From positions 6,225,937 through 6,289,936 of the forward strand of contig OZ253576.1 in the NCBI GenBank assembly GCA_965262985.1: a stretch of DNA of 64,000 bases, written 5' to 3'. The notes below the pieces were generated by a model. It saw only the letters and a list, made by a program, of their open reading frames with translations. It had not been told where the DNA came from and searched no databases. This document shows, in pieces, positions 60,057-64,000 of the stretch. This stretch comes from Vicinamibacterales bacterium. GTDB lineage: Bacteria > Acidobacteriota > Vicinamibacteria > Vicinamibacterales > UBA8438. The position numbers and the translations under genes were made by a program. How positions within the stretch are numbered: the stretch's first letter is position 1; each line of letters begins with the position of its first letter.

Positions 60057-60971
60057 TCACCGCTCCGACCACCGGAGCTTTTCGCGGAGGACGGCGAAAT
60101 AGGGGCGCGCCGCTGCGCGAATCATGCGCAGGGGGCGGTTCGCCGTCTCCACGACCACGGAGTCGCCCTGCATGAGTTTGAATCCAGCCTGACCGTCAAA
60201 ACTGGCGAAGGCGGCGCTGGGGCGGGTCTCCAACTCCGGTTGAATTCGGATCGCCGCAGACTCGGGCAGCACGACGGGACGGTTGGTCAGGGCGTGCGGA
60301 GCGATGGGCGTCAGCACGACCGCGTTGACGAGCGGGTGCACGATCGGACCCCCGGCCGACAGATTGTAGGCAGTCGACCCGGTGGGCGTGGCCACGATCA
60401 GCCCATCGGCCCGGAAACGCGCCACGAACTGGTCGCCCGCCGATACCGAAAGGTCGAGCAGGCCCGAGAGGGCGCTCTTGGTGATGACCACGTCGTTGAG
60501 CACGATGTGTTCGTCTACCACCGCGCCGTCCCGGAAAGTCCTGGACCGCAGCATGCGGCGCTCGTCAATGCCCGCGCGGCCGTCGACCGCCGAGGCGAGC
60601 GCATCAAAGAGTTCCGGCAGTGTGGTTTCGGTCAGGAATCCGAGGCTGCCGAAGTTGACCGCGAGAATCGGCGGGTCCGCCTCGGCCGCGGCAATCAGGC
60701 GGGCCATGCCGAGGAGCGTGCCGTCGCCGCCGAGGACCAGCACGAGGTCGGTATTGTCCGGCAGCCGGTCTGGCACGGCAGTCGACACCGAGGTGAGCCC
60801 GGCCAGTTCGGCCGTCGCCCGCTCGACGACAGGGGTCAGATTCCGCCGGGTCAGCCAGTCGACAACGTCTCGGACAACCGGCGCCGCGTCATGCAGGCGC
60901 GCCCGGGCGACGATACCAACGCAGGTGATCGGATTGAGCTCGGCGGCTGGTCGGAGCGCGTCGGCACACAT
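60057..60971 (-). CDS. nadK: NAD(+) kinase
   Basis: LGGDGTLL, GSLGFL, LND and TPTGSTAYNLSAGGP motifs. Confidence 0.96.
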   Translation of the reverse strand: MCADALRPAAELNPITCVGIVARARLHDAAPVVRDVVDWLTRRNLTPVVERATAELAGLTSVSTAVPDRLPDNTDLVLVLGGDGTLLGMARLIAAAEADPPILAVNFGSLGFLTETTLPELFDALASAVDGRAGIDERRMLRSRTFRDGAVVDEHIVLNDVVITKSALSGLLDLSVSAGDQFVARFRADGLIVATPTGSTAYNLSAGGPIVHPLVNAVVLTPIAPHALTNRPVVLPESAAIRIQPELETRPSAAFASFDGQAGFKLMQGDSVVVETANRPLRMIRAAARPYFAVLREKLRWSER

Positions 60972-61741
60972 CAGACTTCAGCGGCGTGTCGCAGATGCAA
61001 GAAAAACTCATGGTTGCCTTCAGCGCCGGTAATCGGTGAACGCACCGTGGCAACGCACGTCAATCCTACCTTAGTGGCTGCCCCCCTCACATCCGCCACC
61101 GCCTGCGCGTGCAGGGCCGGATCCTTCACCAGCCCGCCCCGTCCAACGTCGGTACGTCCGACCTCGAACTGCGGTTTGACGAGTGCGATGAGATCGCCGT
61201 CAGGCCGCAAGAGTGCCGGCAGTCGGCCGACGAAATACCGAATCGAAATGAAGGACACGTCGATGCTGACCAGGTCGAACCGGTGATCGCCGGTGGGGAA
61301 CGCATCGAGAGCGACCGTGGCGATGTGCGTGTGTTCCATCACCACGACGCGCGGGTCCTGGCGCAGGCGCCAGTGCAACTGTCCGTGTCCCACATCCAGC
61401 GCGACGACCTTGGCCGCCCCCCGTTGGAGCAGCGCGTCGGTGAATCCCCCGGTCGATGCGCCGATATCGAGCGCGACCACGTTCGCGATGTCGATGCGAA
61501 ACTGATCGAGAGCGTGCGCCAGCTTTACCCCGCCACGCCCGACATACGGATGTTCCGGGGTCTCGAGCCGCAGCTCGGCGTCCTGCCGCACGAGTGTGCC
61601 CGCTTTCGTCGTGGGCTGACCGTCGATCGTGACCAGACCGGCCATGATCAGCGCCCGGCCCCGCGCGCGTGATTCAACGAGTCCGCGTGTGTGGAGCAGG
61701 GTGTCGAGTCTGACACGAGGCGCCGCTGAAGTGGCGTGCAC
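60971..61741 (-). CDS. tlyA: TlyA-family rRNA 2'-O-methyltransferase
   Basis: S4 domain, YVGRGGVKL, DIGASTGGFTD, DVSFIS and LVKPQFE motifs. Confidence 0.94.
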   Translation of the reverse strand: MHATSAAPRVRLDTLLHTRGLVESRARGRALIMAGLVTIDGQPTTKAGTLVRQDAELRLETPEHPYVGRGGVKLAHALDQFRIDIANVVALDIGASTGGFTDALLQRGAAKVVALDVGHGQLHWRLRQDPRVVVMEHTHIATVALDAFPTGDHRFDLVSIDVSFISIRYFVGRLPALLRPDGDLIALVKPQFEVGRTDVGRGGLVKDPALHAQAVADVRGAATKVGLTCVATVRSPITGAEGNHEFFLHLRHAAEV

Positions 61742-61753
61742 GGTTCGGTGGGC

Positions 61754-62719
61754 TCAATGGTTGCGCGCAACGACCCAGTCTGCGATGTCATCCAGACGTC
61801 CGCTCAACTCGGCACCGGCCAGCGCGCGTCGCGCCGCGTTCACCGCGGCGGTGGCGAGCTTCCGCGACCGCTCGAGACCATGGATCGCCGGATAGGTCGG
61901 TTTTCCGGCGGCGGCATCCTTGCCGGCCGACTTTCCAAGATCCACTGCGCTGCCTTCGACATCAAGGATGTCATCGACGATCTGGAACGCCAGACCGAGT
62001 TGCGCCGCGTACTCTTCGACCGCCAGGATGGCGTGCTGGTCGCCCCCGGCCAGGATGGCACCGGAGACCGCCGCCGCGCCGATCAGGGCTCCTGTCTTCC
62101 GTTCGTGGATCTCACGCAGCGCCGCGCCCGCGGTCTCCGAACCGGTGTCGACCGTGGTGCCGGGATCGGTGCCGGTGGCCGCCAGATCGAGTACCTGGCC
62201 GCCGACCATGCCGCAGGCGCCCGCCGCCTCGGCCAGACGTGCCAGCGCGCGCAACTGGCGTTCCTCGCTCCCCGGCGGATCTTGAGGTCGCCTGCGCGCC
62301 AGTAAATGAAAGGCGTGGGTCAGCAGCGCGTCGCCGGTCAGAATCGCGGTGCCTTCGCCATACACCACGTGCGCCGTGGGCCGGCCACGCCGCAGGTTGT
62401 CGTCATCCATCGAGGGCAGGTCGTCGTGGACGAGCGAGTAGGTATGGATCAGTTCGACCGCGCACGCGGCCTTCATCACCAACCCCAGACACTCTGCCGT
62501 CTGTTGCGTATTGGCGCTGTTCCGTTCGAGCATTGCCTCAGCGGCTGCGAGCGTCAAGATCGGGCGCAACCGCTTTCCGCCGGCCAGCAGGCTGTATCGC
62601 ATCGCTTCGGCGATGAGCGGGGGACACGCCGGCGGCGCCGGCAGCTCCGCCTCGATGGCCGTCTCGATGTCGGCGCGCCGGGCACGGAGATAGCAATCGA
62701 AGTCGCGCACGCCGGTCAC
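61754..62719 (-). CDS. ispA: Polyprenyl (farnesyl/geranyl) diphosphate synthase
   Basis: GGKRLRP, DDLPSMD..LRRG, KTG and FQIVDDILD motifs. Confidence 0.94.
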   Translation of the reverse strand: MTGVRDFDCYLRARRADIETAIEAELPAPPACPPLIAEAMRYSLLAGGKRLRPILTLAAAEAMLERNSANTQQTAECLGLVMKAACAVELIHTYSLVHDDLPSMDDDNLRRGRPTAHVVYGEGTAILTGDALLTHAFHLLARRRPQDPPGSEERQLRALARLAEAAGACGMVGGQVLDLAATGTDPGTTVDTGSETAGAALREIHERKTGALIGAAAVSGAILAGGDQHAILAVEEYAAQLGLAFQIVDDILDVEGSAVDLGKSAGKDAAAGKPTYPAIHGLERSRKLATAAVNAARRALAGAELSGRLDDIADWVVARNH

Positions 62720-62964
62720 GCTCCATCGTCATCGAGGGACGCCGCCAGGTGCCCCGGGGCAGGCGCCCGGTCGCCGCGGTCGGTCAACAGCTCGATCCGC
62801 CGCTCCGCGTCCTCGAGCCGGGCGTGGCAGAACCGCGAAAGCTGCACGCCGCGCTCGAAAAGCTCAAGAGACTGCTCGAGTGAAAGGTTGCCGCCTTCCA
62901 GGCGTTGCACGATAGTCTCCAACTCGCCGATCGCCGATTCGAAGTCCTTGATGTTCTGCTCCAT
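62716..62964 (-). CDS. xseB: Exodeoxyribonuclease VII small subunit
   Basis: FESAIGELETIVQRLEGG.LSLEQSLELFERG. Confidence 0.95.
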   Translation of the reverse strand: MEQNIKDFESAIGELETIVQRLEGGNLSLEQSLELFERGVQLSRFCHARLEDAERRIELLTDRGDRAPAPGHLAASLDDDGA

Positions 62965-62973
62965 CGGGGTGTG

Positions 62974-64000
62974 TCAGTCCTTGTCGGTTACCTGGCAGGT
63001 GAGTTGACCGCGATCGAGTCTGATCGCGACCTCGTCGCCGATCGCGACGGTAGCGGCGTCGCGGAGGATTCTGGTCCGGTCGGCATCCCAGCAGACCGCG
63101 TAGCCGCGGGCCAGGACCCCCAGCGGGCTCAACGCTTCGAGGCGCCCGGTCAGGTCGGCGACCTGACCCTTCAATTCCTGGCGGCGTTGGCCCAGTATGC
63201 CTCCCAGCCGTTCGCGAGCGACCACCAATCGGGTGCGTGACGCTTCGAGCCGGCGCCCCGGCTCGTGGGCTTCGAGCCCGGTTCGCGCCGCGTGCAGCCG
63301 GCGCAGCCGGGTGGCGGTCGCCGCGCGGGCGGCGCTGGCCAGGGCGTGGGTCAGGTCCGCGGTGTGGCGGCCGTGACCCGCGAGCCGCGCCGGCCAGCCG
63401 GCAAGGCCGGGCCGCCGGTCGAGTTCGAGCACCCGGGTGCGGTCTCGACGGAGCAGGTCCAACACGGTCGCGCGGAGCCGGCCGGTCAGCCGGTCGATCC
63501 GGCTCACCAACTCGGCGCGGCCAGCGACGACGATCTCCGCCGCGGCCGACGGTGTGGCGGCGCGGACATCGGCGACCAGATCGCAGATGGTCACGTCGAT
63601 CTCATGGCCGACCGCCGAGATCACCGGCACCGCCGCTGCCGCGACGGCGCGGGCGACCGGTTCTTCGTTGAAGGCCCAGAGGTCTTCGAGCGAACCGCCC
63701 CCTCGACCGACAATGATGACGTCGACACCGTCGCAGCGCGCGAGTTGCGCGATGCCCCGCGCGATCTGTCCGGCGGCGCCCTCTCCCTGAACCCGCGCCG
63801 GGTAGATGACCACGTGGGCCGTTGGATGCCGCCGGGACAGCACTTTCAGGATGTCGCGCAGCGCCGCGCCGTCCAGGGACGTGACGACCCCGATCTGCCG
63901 CGGGAGCAGCGGCAACGCGCGTTTGCGGGCGGGGTCGAGCGAGCCGTCGGCTTCCAGTCTGCGCTTGAGCTGATCGAACGCGACCTGCAGTGCGCCGATT
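62974..64000 (-). CDS. xseA: Exodeoxyribonuclease VII large subunit, 5'-partial
   Basis: The frame is open to the window edge; IGVVTS..GAAL, RGGGSLEDLWAFN, SAVGHEID and ATPSAAAE motifs. Confidence 0.95.
   Translation of the reverse strand, partial: IGALQVAFDQLKRRLEADGSLDPARKRALPLLPRQIGVVTSLDGAALRDILKVLSRRHPTAHVVIYPARVQGEGAAGQIARGIAQLARCDGVDVIIVGRGGGSLEDLWAFNEEPVARAVAAAAVPVISAVGHEIDVTICDLVADVRAATPSAAAEIVVAGRAELVSRIDRLTGRLRATVLDLLRRDRTRVLELDRRPGLAGWPARLAGHGRHTADLTHALASAARAATATRLRRLHAARTGLEAHEPGRRLEASRTRLVVARERLGGILGQRRQELKGQVADLTGRLEALSPLGVLARGYAVCWDADRTRILRDAATVAIGDEVAIRLDRGQLTCQVTDKD

Overview
GC-rich bacterial chromosomal segment made mostly of housekeeping genes. Gene content and order suggest Acidobacteriota, probably Vicinamibacteria; this is an inference and no search was run. 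Left to right: the end of the spc/alpha ribosomal operon (rplO-secY-adk-map-rpmJ-rpsM-rpsK-rpsD-rpoA-rplQ, with no infA); an EF-G paralogue; a YknWXZ/MacAB-like export operon with no ATPase gene and one frameshifted permease; a pyruvoyl-dependent arginine decarboxylase; a type IV pilus cluster (pilB-pilT-pilC-pilin-VKOR/DsbA-pilD-three minor pilins); aroB, proS, an OmpA-domain protein, tatA-tatC, an S41 protease, smc, pnp-rpsO; the rimP-nusA-infB-DUF503-rbfA-nrnA-truB operon; asnS with an AmgK/MurU-like pair, CYTH and MidA-like genes; a DegP-like protease, an M24 peptidase, two unknown proteins, a VOC protein, glgP and xseA-xseB-ispA-tlyA-nadK. I found no rRNA, tRNA, CRISPR array, transposase or phage gene. 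The most unusual feature is non-coding: a family of roughly 115-210 bp non-autonomous inverted-repeat (MITE-like) elements, about ten copies or remnants. They are flanked by CTAG/TTAG-like tetranucleotides, and several end exactly on the TAG stop codon of a core gene. They share a structured internal core even between elements with different termini, contain a 20-bp unit that expands into minisatellites, and all copies I could orient face the same way. A candidate ~205-nt promoter-to-terminator RNA lies upstream of smc.
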